Shown here piece by piece: positions 26,029 through 37,318 of a stretch of DNA of 64,000 nt (its first letter is position 1; the number at the start of each line of letters is the position of its first letter). The notes beneath the pieces are model-generated. The model saw only the letters and a program-made list of their open reading frames with translations, did no database searches and was not told where the DNA came from. The stretch is taken from contig CM121341.1 of NCBI GenBank assembly GCA_051530055.1, positions 930,001 through 994,000 of the forward strand, in the 5' to 3' direction. The position numbers and the translations under genes are program-made. The stretch comes from Neoechinorhynchus agilis (lineage: Eukaryota; Animalia; Acanthocephala).

Positions 26029-27963
26029 CATATATCATTGTCCTCGGGGTAAATTTGACTGTACGTTGGCGAATCCTGTCCCTGGTGTTGTCGTTACTCA
26101 TTTATTTGAGAAATATTTCGCAAGGTTTTCCTTGCCTCTTCAGTCTCTAAAATGTAGCTGACATAAACAGCATTCACAGCCGGTCAAATCTGGATGCAGC
26201 TCAGATCCGCGGGTTTGCCAATACGCGAAGTGTGGGGCGTTCGATCCGCACACACCTCTTGCGGTTTGTTACCGACTAATTTGTTCGTCGTGCTACGCAA
26301 CTTTGGTAGCACCAGAGTGAAGTTTGATTTTTTGCCTTCCATCGTTGGATTTTCCCGGATGTGAATGCCCTAAAGAATCAGTCTTCTTCTCAGATCCGGT
26401 TCGCTGGATATGAATGCCGCTTTTTCAAAATCCACCTTGTGCTGCGTTGTTTGCTGGTGGTTCGAGATTGCTAAGAATTTGTCGAAAGTCCTGCGAGCCA
26501 GTTTATGCTGCGAGATCCGTTTCTTGATCCCTTGCATGGTTTGTGCAACGTGGACACTTGAGCAATTGCACATGGAATTTTGTAGATCCCTGATTTGGTC
26601 TCTTGTTTGGTATTCCTCTTGAGAATACCCGCGATGGATGCGCAACGTTTGAGGACAATGATATATGGCATTAAGAAACAGTATGGCGATAACTGTACGA
26701 AGGGCATTAGCCACCTATTAAAAACGGAGATTAGGCTTCTTAGCAGCAAACAAGGTCTTAAATTCATGCAGACATGTAGGGACGAGAACTTAACACCGAA
26801 GTGTGTCCGACTAAAATCAGGCATAATTGGATTCCAGGGATCATTCCTACAGCGCTCCTGTTATGGACAATTATTTAACTTCGGCATTGTAGAGATGATG
26901 AAGCGAATATGTCACATTAAGAACGATTCCATGAGCACATGGGAAGGGATGAGCTGACGGACAGCGTTGTCCTCCTCTGATTCCTTTTCAGATAACCGAA
27001 GAAAAGCTTCCTGACGAAGACGCAAGGCGTCGAAAATTTGAGCAGCAGAATATGATATGATTGCGAGAACCGGAGACAAGGGTAATCGGGAACACACAGT
27101 AATCACACAACTTAAGAATGACCAGACAGTTACTATCCTTAAATCTGACAAGGGACGCGCCCTAGTTGCCGTAGATACTGAAGAGTATACCGATGCGGCC
27201 CTCAGTCTGCTGGACTCTGGCAGGGCCAGGATGATTTCTTCAGAAAGCAGGGATTGGATAGAAGAAAAACAAAGGATCACCAAAGTTCTCAGATCACGAG
27301 TCTTCCCTGAATGGGCCATCGAAATCGGTCCCAAAAAAGCAACACATAGCGGCCATCGCACGAAGAAGGAAACTACATGACACAGCAACCAGAAAACTGA
27401 GGCGCCTCAAGTACCTCGCTCCAAATTTTTTGATTTACAACAAACGTTGCGCATCCATTGCGGGTATTCTCAAGAAGAAAGCCAAACAAGAGACCAAATC
27501 AGGGAGATCTCGCAGCATAAACAGGCTCGCAGGACTTTCGACAAATTCTTAGCAATCTCGAACCACCAGCAAACAACGCAGCACAAGGTGGATTTTGAAA
27601 AAGCGGCATTCCTAACCAGCGAACCGGATCTGAGAAGAAGACTGATTCTTTAGGGCATTCACATCCGCGGAAATCCAACGATGGAAGGCAAAAAATCAAA
27701 CTTCACTCTGGTGCTACCAAAGTTGCGTAGCACGACGAACAAATTAGTCGGTAACAAACCGCAAGAGGTGTGTGCGGATCGAACCCCCACACTTCGGATA
27801 TTAGCAAACCCGCGGATCTGAGCTGCATCCAGATTTGACCGACTGTGAATGCTGTTTATGTCAGCTACATTTTAGAGACTGAAGAGGCAAGGAAAACCTT
27901 ACGAAATATTTCTCAAATAAATGAGTAACGACAACACCGGGGACAGGATTCGCCAACGTACAA
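26029..27963 (+). mobile_element. Internally deleted Penelope-like element with inverted pseudo-LTRs
   Basis: 26061-~26520 is the reverse complement of ~27490-27960 (GIY-YIG tail, 3' UTR, hammerhead). Plus-strand N-terminus LKFMQTCRDENLTPKCVRLK and ILKSDKG motif; RT core absent. Flanked by TTATATCGATGT at 26017-26028 and 27964-27975. Confidence 0.85.
27870..27920 (+). ncRNA. Minimal hammerhead ribozyme in the pseudo-LTR; better-paired copy on the minus strand at about 26103-26152
   Basis: GAGA CTGAAGA G GCAAGG AAAA CCTT(A/G)C GAAATATT TCTC AAATAAA; palindromic stem III region. Confidence 0.7.
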
Positions 27964-27964
27964 T

Positions 27965-28271
27965 TATATCGATGTGCGGCCTATTATAACACGGCTGTTA
28001 ATTTTAATGCCCGTGATCCCGACTGAGGGTCTAGTGGTTCGAATCCGTTACCACCAATGACGCACAGCCAAAGAGGACGAAATACCGCTGAGGGGAGGAA
28101 ACTCACTGATGAGTCCCGCCTCCTGGAGGTATCTGAGGATCCGGAGGAATGTACAAACTCGTACCGGATGGTTCAATGCTTTGAGTAATTGTATTACTAC
28201 TCTGAACCAGGTCGGTGGGCTGTGTGCCCAAAAATTAACAGCCGTGTTATAATAGGCAACACATCGATATA
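27965..28271. mobile_element. Element with 41 bp terminal inverted repeats and an internal tRNA T-arm/B-box-like motif
   Basis: TIRs at 27965-28005 and 28231-28271 (2 mismatches); AGTGG TTCGAAT CCGTT ACCACCA at about 28033-28056. Confidence 0.55.
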
Positions 28272-29904
28272 GATATTTTTATTATTTCATACACGACCGA
28301 ATGGACACACAGTCCACCTTCGAAAATACTGCTGAAGGGAAGAGGAAACTCACTGATGAGTCCCGCCTCCTGGAGGTACCTGATAATCCGGCGGGATGTA
28401 CAAACTTATAACCGTACGGTCTTTGGGCATTGGGCGCAGATCAGCGCGGCATTTAAAAGATAAATAACTTCGCTCTCCGATAATTCCAATAACGATTTTA
28501 AATATGCTTCTTGTGATGTGCAATTGAATTAAACTTTATTTTGAGAAGTGTCGTGCTTTACTTTAGACTTTAATAAAGAACATGAAAACGTTGACAAAAA
28601 CTTAATCCAACTGAGCACAAATCTATAGAATTTTTTTAACAAATATACAAAATTTACTAAAAGCGAATTCAAAGAACGTTAAGAAAAGAGTTTTCTTCTC
28701 AGGCGTAACAGGACTTCGTGCCGAAGCTTCAGTGCCGCGAAAAAAAGTGGTAAGAGTAAACTGACGTTCTTGTTAATAATCTGTGAAATATTTTTTCAAG
28801 AATGTAGACTCAAATCGACATCAGATGTTTTAAAAACTGCGGCGAAATTTTTTTGTCGAAGAAACGGTTTTAGTATTTCAAAAAAGGCAGCATGCGGTTA
28901 TAAGATTCTAAAATTTTCGGAAACTACGTTTAGAGTATTTGCAGCATCGCAATTGAAGTTATCGACTGTAGGGAATTAACGCAACGAGAGGTAAATAATT
29001 TTTAGGCAATTCCTATCGACCATGGTCGTCGCTAAATAACTATTGCAAGCAAATGCGATTAAATACATTGATTACTCGTCCATTTTATTTATTACAACGA
29101 TACATGTTATTAAAGTCACTCGGTTCGGATCCTGCCATGTCGTTGTGTATGCTCTATTTTCAATTGGGAAGAGTGGAGTTCCTAGGTTTCGAGCCGATAT
29201 CAAAACTCCCCAAGGAGCACTCCTTCCATTTCTCGCTCAAAGAATTCACAAAAAAAGAAGCTCATCCATTATAATACATATTTTTACATCAAAAATCTAA
29301 CTTTTTGCTCATTGATAATATATTTCGTTTGAAACGTTTATGTAAAAGAGTAACAATTTATTCCAGCCGTTATGTGAAGTCTTCTTATCTAAAATTTACT
29401 ATAAAGGGCCAATTTAAAAAAGTAAAAAATATTAACGAATGTATCGTTGCTAATCAATTTTACTCAAAGCGAAGAACAATAGCGAAGGTCATTAATGATC
29501 ATTCTAGAAGGGTCTATTTAATAACTGTTCTGCGCACTTAGTTCGCAAATAAAAGCATGAATAAACAGAAAATCGAAGCACGAGATTGAGCCGAAATCGC
29601 TTCATCTAAAAGACAATTTGAACATTTGCGATGATAAATGAAAATTCTACATGGTGAGGATTGAACCAATTTTTCGCTTCTTTTCGATGCGGCGATATAT
29701 CCGATTGCATTGAGAGTACATGAGTGTTCAAATAAACATCGGCTTTAAAATCGTCAAACGGTACAGTCTAATCACTATCATCTTTCTTTAAGATTTTTCA
29801 AGAAGGCGGCTCACGTACACCATGGTGGACACAAAAATTGTCCCCATTTAGAGGAAAACGGAAAGCGTTACTTGTTGGTTTGAGGATTGCATTCGGGTGG
29901 TGGG

Positions 29905-30065
29905 ATTTATTGTTGTTTAGGTCGCTTGTCGACACCCGAGGGCGATCGTTAAAGACGAATTTATATTTCGACCGATTGAATCGGTCATTGTCAATTCAAT
30001 CGGTCGAAATATATTCGTCTATAACGATCTACCTCGGGTGTCGACAAGCGACCTAAACAATAAAG
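29905..30065. repeat. Fold-back element, related copy at about 43165-43350
   Basis: Long inverted arms TTTAGGTCGCTTGTCGACACCCGAGG...CCTCGGGTGTCGACAAGCGACCTAAA; minus-strand TTGACAA T GACCGA TTCAA TCGGTC GAAATAT hammerhead-like core. Confidence 0.75.
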
Positions 30066-31473
30066 TTACTTGTTAATTGAGCATTCTCCAAGACTGCTTC
30101 GTGCATAAGGGAAATGACTGATTCGAATCCCCACTAAAGTCACATTCTTCGAGTTCGCCAACGTTATATAATGGACGCCCACTGAGACCAAGGGAGAGCT
30201 CGTTTTTACCTACAAATTTAGACTCACGGATGATTGAGGAAAAGTCGTGCCGGTACACGATATAGCGATTCGAAGTGCAATTTCCTCACACTGCCCTATC
30301 AACGCTTGTGCCAACCTGCCGACTTCATGTTCAAGATGGGATTTCATTATATTTACGTTATAATGAATGGTAAGTGCCTCTGTAGAATCTTAATGAGTAT
30401 TTGAAGCAAAATGCAGTTAAATCCAAACAGCTTTTCCACCTTGCCGCCAAATTTCATTTTTATTTTCTAACTCCTCGGTTTTGGTTGGGTAATGAAATGA
30501 ACATAATCGAGCACCTATTGGACTTTAAGTAACAAATTGAACATTCACTTTGTATATTGATAAATCGCATTGATTTATTGTGCTAGATATATTGTCCTTA
30601 TCTTTTTCAGAGATAATAACAAGGTGAACGATGTTATCTTGGCTGTAAATGGCATCAGCAAATACGAAAAATTAGACTGAGAAGTGATTAATGCCATTTG
30701 TCAAAATGAATTAGTCCAATTGAATGAACACTGCTAAATTTACCTAAAAGGATATTGATTTCAATCAATTCCGTTGAATCGGTCATTGGTCAGGGATTAT
30801 AACATCTTTCAGTATTGGTTGGATCAACGAGTATTAAATTATCGACTTCGAGCGTCGGTAACGATGAACTACAGTCGGTGTTTTCTTTAATTTAGAAGAA
30901 AGATCTCTAAATGCGAATTTGAATTTATGGTTAGACAAAACGGGCGTAGTATCAGATGTAATGATTGGAAGAACAGGTTGAGGGACGCATCGGCGTCGGA
31001 TTAATTTTCACTCTCGCGATTTATAGATTAATCTATAAGTTTCGAATTTTGGAGATATACGTTCACGCTTTAGATGAAGTTCAGTTAGCTTTGATTTGCC
31101 GAAAATCTATAGAATGAAAGATTTATTCCAATTGCCTTATTTATGGTAAGGCAAGATTGTTAGGCATTGAAGGGACCAGTAACATTTAACTTTGCAAAAT
31201 GTATAATTCTGTAACCTTGGCAATGACCTTATTTATGGTAAGACAGAGTTGCAAGGCATTGATAAGGTGGGTGAGATATAATTTTGTCTGTATACAAGGC
31301 GCTTTTTGTGTGCCGTTTAATGAAATCGATTGAAAAGTTTAACCATCTTTTGTTTCCGTCTGTGTAATAAGAAAAATTGCAAATTCCGTTTTGTGGCAGT
31401 CTCCCCAAATCCCACCTTTTCAAACCTCTAAGGAAGCCAATGAATGGTAAGATTGCATTATTAATAAATTACG

Positions 31474-32040
31474 TTAGGCATAATAGTTTTCAGTGTAAAT
31501 GAAATAATCGCCCTCTGGCCACGGTTCAGTAAAGGTAAGATCGGTAGAAGTTCTATAGTCATCATCGTTGTCGGACCGGTCGCTTTCCTTAACAAGATCC
31601 AAAGCAGGAACAATAAACGGTTTTATCGCGAAAAGCCGGGCACAATTAATGTTACAAATAATCGTATAGATTCCTCTGTTTTTAAATGTCTTCAGCCAAT
31701 CATTCCTTGTGAACAACAATGAACCGGTAGAGAAACAATATTCATTACACTTTTTCAAATTCCTATAGCTATAAACATATTGTGCTCCTACTTTCTTAGC
31801 AACTTGATCTGGAAAACCAATGGGATGAGCCGGATGATGTCTACTGCAATTGTGATAGCAATTTATCAGATGATCTGTTATCTCTTTGGACCTTGGTTTC
31901 CATTTCAACCTATCAAATAACACCGAACCGGTGTAGTGGCAATAGTATTTGCATAAAAAGACATCGTAATCGGTACATGAAAAAATAAGCAAGAAATTTA
32001 TTGTGAATACCGAGATTGCAAATTTCAGATGTTCTATCAT
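31474..32040 (-). CDS. Intronless secreted-type Cys-rich protein with two internal repeats
   Basis: Open 188 aa frame from MIEHLKFAISVFTINFLLIFSC (signal-peptide-like); duplicated C-x3-C-x2-TGS-x-LF-x-R-x2-W...C-x2-NC-x-R unit; acidic C-terminus. Confidence 0.55.
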   Translation of the reverse strand: MIEHLKFAISVFTINFLLIFSCTDYDVFLCKYYCHYTGSVLFDRLKWKPRSKEITDHLINCYHNCSRHHPAHPIGFPDQVAKKVGAQYVYSYRNLKKCNEYCFSTGSLLFTRNDWLKTFKNRGIYTIICNINCARLFAIKPFIVPALDLVKESDRSDNDDDYRTSTDLTFTEPWPEGDYFIYTENYYA

Positions 32041-32813
32041 TTTATGAGGATGTATTTTTATTAATATTGACAAATTTTTACTTTTATCTTTTGGCAATTA
32101 CCATGGTAACGCAGTTTTTCCATTTTGAAATAGTCTTTAAAATCCAGTTTTGATCGCCCGTGCTTAATCCTACAGGAATGATAATATTAACCTCTTTTAC
32201 TAGAGTTAATCTCGCATTTCTTTGTATATTTTGTCCCATTTATTAACTAAGTCGAACTATAACTTTTGCTCCTAGAGAAGGCTTCCTTGATGTGGAGAAT
32301 TGACAGCTTTTTCAAAGTAAGGAACTAAAAATGGAACTGTGCTCTGATTCGCTAATGTTTAGATTCATTTCCCAGGCAGCGATACGATTCGTGGAATGTA
32401 ACCTTAATGGACATAAATTAATGCCTAAATTTATAGATCGAATACATTAATGAAATGATGTTTTAAAATTGAAAAGGTGTGTACAAAAGAACATGATTAC
32501 ACCCATTGTAGCATTCGAAAAGTTGCCAAATACTTGTACTAATATTTCTCAGGTCCTCAAAAAAAATCATTTTTTGCAATCTAAAACTCGAATAGTCAAA
32601 ATGCGCTTAAAATGCAATCTAATAAAACACTGTTCTAATTGTGAGTTTTAGCACCAACAAAAAACAAAAGTTCAAGAACTTGCGCAATTTAATTGGCTAT
32701 GTCTTTTGCGATTAAGTAACAAGAAACAATTCAGAAATTGATTAAGGCTGACTTAAATTTTACCTATGGCGAATTATATAAGATAGACAACCGATACATA
32801 CGATTGTTGTATT

Positions 32814-33041
32814 AAAATGTCGATATGTGAGGTATCGGGGAACGTGATTGGAAATATTGTTCACGTCTACAGCCGGTAAATAATTATTTATTAAAGACGT
32901 TCTGCGAACCTCGCCGGGTTCATCATCAGTTTTAAAATCACCCATCCTCTTGTATTTTAGAACTGATGATGGACCCGACGAGGTTCGCAGAACGTCTTTA
33001 ATAAATAATCACTTACCGGCTGTAGACGTGAACAATAATTC
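32814..33041. mobile_element. Miniature Penelope-type fold-back element with two hammerhead-like arms
   Basis: Inverted arms with CTGATGATG(A/G)ACC...GGTTCGCAGAACGTC; 13 bp direct repeat CGATTGTTGTATT at 32801-32813 and 33042-33054. Confidence 0.8.
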
Positions 33042-33904
33042 CGATTGTTGTATTGTTGTGTATATTTTTGAAATTGGCAAAATAAGCTAAATTGATAGTA
33101 AAATGGAATCGAGGAGACATGTTGCTTGGCTTACTTTACATCGTCCTTCAAATCAACATTTTATACTTCTTAAGGCTGATTTTTAATGTCGCCTTCGACA
33201 GTTTGACGATAAAATTTGTCATTAATGACAGCAATGGAGATATAAAGTTGTGATTATTGAAACACCTTAGTGCACCTCTATAAATCGACTAGGATTTTTT
33301 TATTCGAAAAAGTTCAAACCAAACAGTTTACCTTCGCCTTGTTGATTTGAAAACAAAAAAAACCTGAGTAAAGAGACGATAAGTTATTTCGTACGAAATT
33401 AATGATGCAATAAACTTCGATTTGGAATGCTACCATATAAAAAGACAACTGTCCTCAATTTCTTAAAATGCGAAAATTTTCCTCGGCCAAATATAAGATT
33501 GATTCTTCATTTGTATTATAGTGAGCATATCAGCATTTGTATGAATGATAAAGAGCCATTAGTTCTCATTTTAATTAAAAACTCTAATTCAGAAACTAAA
33601 AATGAGCGGTGGATATGAAAACACGGAGAGGCAGTTGAATAAGTACAAAGAACAGTTTTAATAGCTCAAAGCGTAGTATAGTAAACTCATTTTAGAAATC
33701 CCAAATGTCTTGAATCAAAAGAAGATCAAATCGTGTGTATATCGTGTAAAATCTAATTTTTTCAGAAATTAACTTATCTTGTGTTTAACAATTGGTGTAT
33801 ACATCAAAATAATTTGGCTCTTATGTGTTTAAGACATAGTTTAAAGGATTCCAAGAACCGCCCTGACTTTTTCTCGTGAAATGAAAAGTCACTATAGGAA
33901 TAAA

Positions 33905-34565
33905 CTACAATGACAAAGGTAAATTTGAGTCTTTTGGGATACAGTTGGTGTTTTTCGCCCTTAACTCCATGATTTCTCGAGCATATGACCGAGCCCATTC
34001 CATTTTAAGCCTTGATAATGATGATTCAAAGAATCGATCAAGTCGAAGGGAGCGATGAAGACATTCGTACTCGTACGCCTGAACGATCATATCGATCACA
34101 TCCATATGACGAACAACCTGAGACTCTAAACTTTCCCCATTCTCGAATTCCTTATGACTTGATGAGCTTTAAAGATCCCCCAGATCCTTGATCACCATGT
34201 CGCATAAACAATGAAACAAATTTAGACTTTCGTTCATTCGAAAATTCCCGCAATAGGTCCCCCAACTCCATAACAGCTTCCATCTCCTTTGCATGTTTCA
34301 CCTCAGAAGCTACTTTATCCCTCGGTGTTATATCACCAACTAAACTCTCAGCCAGATCATGAACCAATGCCATTTCGACACATTTAAAGCGGTCCACCTT
34401 AATATCTTGAGGGAGAAGTTGACTTACCGACAATGCCATCCTAAACGAGTGATCAGCAACACTCTCAACCCGACCTGGAACACCACTCTCAAGCCACCCT
34501 TTCCTGAGCGTTCGTTTCAGTTGACCGGCTAACAACATAAACTGAAGTCCAAACGACGCAGACAT
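33905..34565 (-). CDS. HDDC2: HD domain-containing protein 2 (5'-deoxynucleotidase), two exons
   Basis: LKR..RKGW, ESVADHSFRMA, MALVHDLAESLVGDITP and DVIDMIVQAYEYE motifs; 52 nt interruption at 34151-34202. Confidence 0.9.
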
Positions 34566-34814
34566 TTCGAAGTGTTAGAGAGCAAGAAATTCGAGGGACG
34601 GAGATGTGGTCGAGTTATACAATCAGAAGAATCCTACTTCTCTAAAACAAGATTCACGGACTTGGGAAACATTGGGGAAGAAGGAAGTTTTTTAGTCCAC
34701 TCAGTGTAACCAATTACGGAGCCGCATTCCTACCTCCACACCCAATGACTCATTCAAACCAATGTTCAATTGCACATTTACTGTAAGCTTAACACTCGAT
34801 TATCTTCAATCAGA

Positions 34815-35591
34815 TCACGTTCGCCGCTTCTTGTTCATCAACGGTCGCTGCAGACGAGATGGTCTGCTCCTACTCCTATTCACAGCACGTTCAATTACAG
34901 TACCACTTTCATTGGGGACTTCATGTTCTTCTATTTGAGGACTTTCTTCGATCGTATGGTGATTCATAGCCGCAAATCCTTGGAGGAATTCAAAAGCGAG
35001 ATAATCTGGATTTAGTTGAAGCATTTGATTCTCCGAATTCGCTTCATAGATCGCCTCTTGGACCATTGAATGCTCTTCAGGAGCTTGGACCTCCTGCTGT
35101 GGATATTGTGACCGAGTAACTACAATCTTTATATCATCCCTTGGTACAATGTCAATCAAAAAATCATACTGTTCACTTCTAGACACTGCTGAACATACAT
35201 CACTCCTTTGAACGGTTCTTCTGCCTCCTTCTTGAGCACTGACCCAAGCGCGAAGTGTCAACTCGCCAATAAAGTACTCCGCCGCTTTCGATAGAAAAGA
35301 ACTCACATCACAACTTATCATATTGACAGTTTCGTCCATCTTAACGATCTTCTTGACTCTCGCCAATGGTAGATCGTAGGTACGGAGGAATACACGGTCT
35401 GCATTTGTGAGTCTCTGAGTGACATCAGGCCAAAAGTTTGTCAATCGAGCCTGTGCCTCAGCTAATCCATCCAGCATTTCATCGCTTAATCGGCCTAACC
35501 TATCCGATTGCCTCCTTGATATTGGTCTTGATATCGCAAATTCCCCCCGCATTGTACGCTGGGGCAACATTTCGTCGCTTTCATTATTCAT
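34815..35591 (-). CDS. NFYC: Nuclear transcription factor Y subunit C (histone fold), intronless
   Basis: LPLARVKKIVKMDE.V.MIS, FIGELTLRAW, RRTVQRSDV and YDFLIDIVPR motifs; likely ATG at 35591. Confidence 0.9.
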   Translation of the reverse strand: MNNESDEMLPQRTMRGEFAISRPISRRQSDRLGRLSDEMLDGLAEAQARLTNFWPDVTQRLTNADRVFLRTYDLPLARVKKIVKMDETVNMISCDVSSFLSKAAEYFIGELTLRAWVSAQEGGRRTVQRSDVCSAVSRSEQYDFLIDIVPRDDIKIVVTRSQYPQQEVQAPEEHSMVQEAIYEANSENQMLQLNPDYLAFEFLQGFAAMNHHTIEESPQIEEHEVPNESGTVIERAVNRSRSRPSRLQRPLMNKKRRT

Positions 35592-36783
35592 CGTTGCAAT
35601 ACTAAAAAACCCAAGGATACTGACCGAATTAGCGCGTGCGATCATTGGCTACATAAATGCAGCCAATCACAGTCCACGCGTATGGAACATTTTTCCATGC
35701 ACACACACAAACACGCCTAAACCCCACACCATGCATACTTTTCAATAATGTCATTCGGCGAAAGGCAGCCAATAGGATTGATGTTGCATTACGAGAGCAA
35801 TGCAAGTACTTGCTCAGACTTTCAGATAGAAAGCGCGTTATGAGGCTCTCGGAGAAAAATCAGTGAAAACATTCTTGATTGACGCAAAGTTTGGGAATTG
35901 CGTGCGCGTGTGTGTGTTTTCATGGACGAACAGGTACGCAAAAAACATTCCATCGAAACGTCATCATTTTTATAAGACTGAATTCTTCCGTATGATGACG
36001 TGTTACCAATAAGGAAGAGGGATATTTGGTCGATTTTTGTCATTGTTTGATTTCTATCTAAACTTGAAGTGCGTCTTTTTTATTCTGATCTAATCGCAAT
36101 ACAAATCTTCTCTTGTTCGCAAAAAAAATACGTTTTTTAAGCGATTAGTATCCAACAAATTATTGAAACGTCGCTCTCAGTTTTACTCGATTCCTTTTTT
36201 TTATCTAAGTGTGAACACAAAAGAATCGCGCATTAAGTTAAAGATATTCCCTTTTTTTGTTTCTTTGTATATAGTTCTGTAGGCGAGTATTCACTTTACT
36301 AAAGTAACGAAGTATTCGAGAAACAATTCTCTGAGTGAAATTTTATGATTTGTTTGAAATCGAACGATTGATACAATTCCATTTAACTATATGTAATCAT
36401 ATTTTATAGGCTATTTAATTTGAGAGTCATGAAATGAAAGTTTTCTAAATATAGTTTGCAGTATTTCTATCGCGTAAAATATTCATTGCCTTGAACACAG
36501 ACGCAATTTCTGAGTCTAAGACGTGATTGGCTAGAAAAATTGAATGTATAAACAAAAGCTTTTTACTGGTCTGTGAGCTAGAGCACTTAATGATAAAAAA
36601 GAATATAAACTTTGCTCTCAGCCAGACATAAAATAAAATAGTTTTTAATTTTATAGAATATGTTCGACTCACTTTTGCATGTTCAATTGCGAATACAAAA
36701 ATCAAAGAAAATAAACACGCTCAGTGATTTGGAGTCTAAAAGCTATGCTTTCTTCTCGTTAAACGATCATTTTTCATGCTTTC

Positions 36784-37110
36784 GATATGCGAGGAGTAGG
36801 TACCGGACTATATGATTAGAGAATTATTGTTTAGAAGTTTTCACCGAATGAACAATTTTTTATTGATATAAAAAACACGTTTCGAACCATGTAATTGGTT
36901 CATCATCAGTTCTAAAATACAAATAATTAAATGGTTATTCTGCTCGCACACGCGCTAATGGTTGATTTTGTTGTTCCATTTTTTATAACCATGAAGGCAG
37001 AGTTTGCAAAGCACGTATGAGAGCAGAATAACCAAGTGATGATGAACCAATCACGTTGTTTGCAGAACTTTTTTCAATAAAAAATTATTTACAAATTCTA
37101 AACAATAATC
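36784..37110. mobile_element. Same miniature hammerhead fold-back family, with a longer spacer
   Basis: CGATATGCGAGG tail; minus-strand CTGATGA T GAACC..GGTTC GAAAC; degenerate plus arm near 37035; TTTTTCAT(G/T)CT flanks. Confidence 0.65.
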
Positions 37111-37318
37111 CTAATTTTTCATTCTGCATTCATTTTTAGAAATTGATTTAAAATCTAACCAATAAAAGGGTTTTCATGGTCATTACAAAATCTTATTACA
37201 TGACCAAAATACGAATGAAATTTAGTTGAACCCCCCCCACCATAATTAAGCTGAATCACTGAATTTTAAGTTTTCGTTCTCCTATGAGATCGACCACCTC
37301 CATTTTCTTACAGATTTC

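Noticed and set aside
28033-28056. tRNA gene
   Set aside because: Only a T-arm is present; no matching acceptor 5' strand, D arm or anticodon arm.
30073-30350. Two adjacent minus-strand open segments with a GTGAGT donor
   Set aside because: The implied intron is only 18 nt and no homology is recognisable.
30605-30710. PDZ-like snippet VNDVILAVNG on the plus strand
   Set aside because: Too short, followed by an in-frame stop, and no neighbouring exons found.
35419-35748. Plus-strand ORF overlapping NFYC, and similar antisense ORFs such as 2051-2578 and 43542-43835
   Set aside because: Shadows of coding or TE sequence on the opposite strand, with no independent support.
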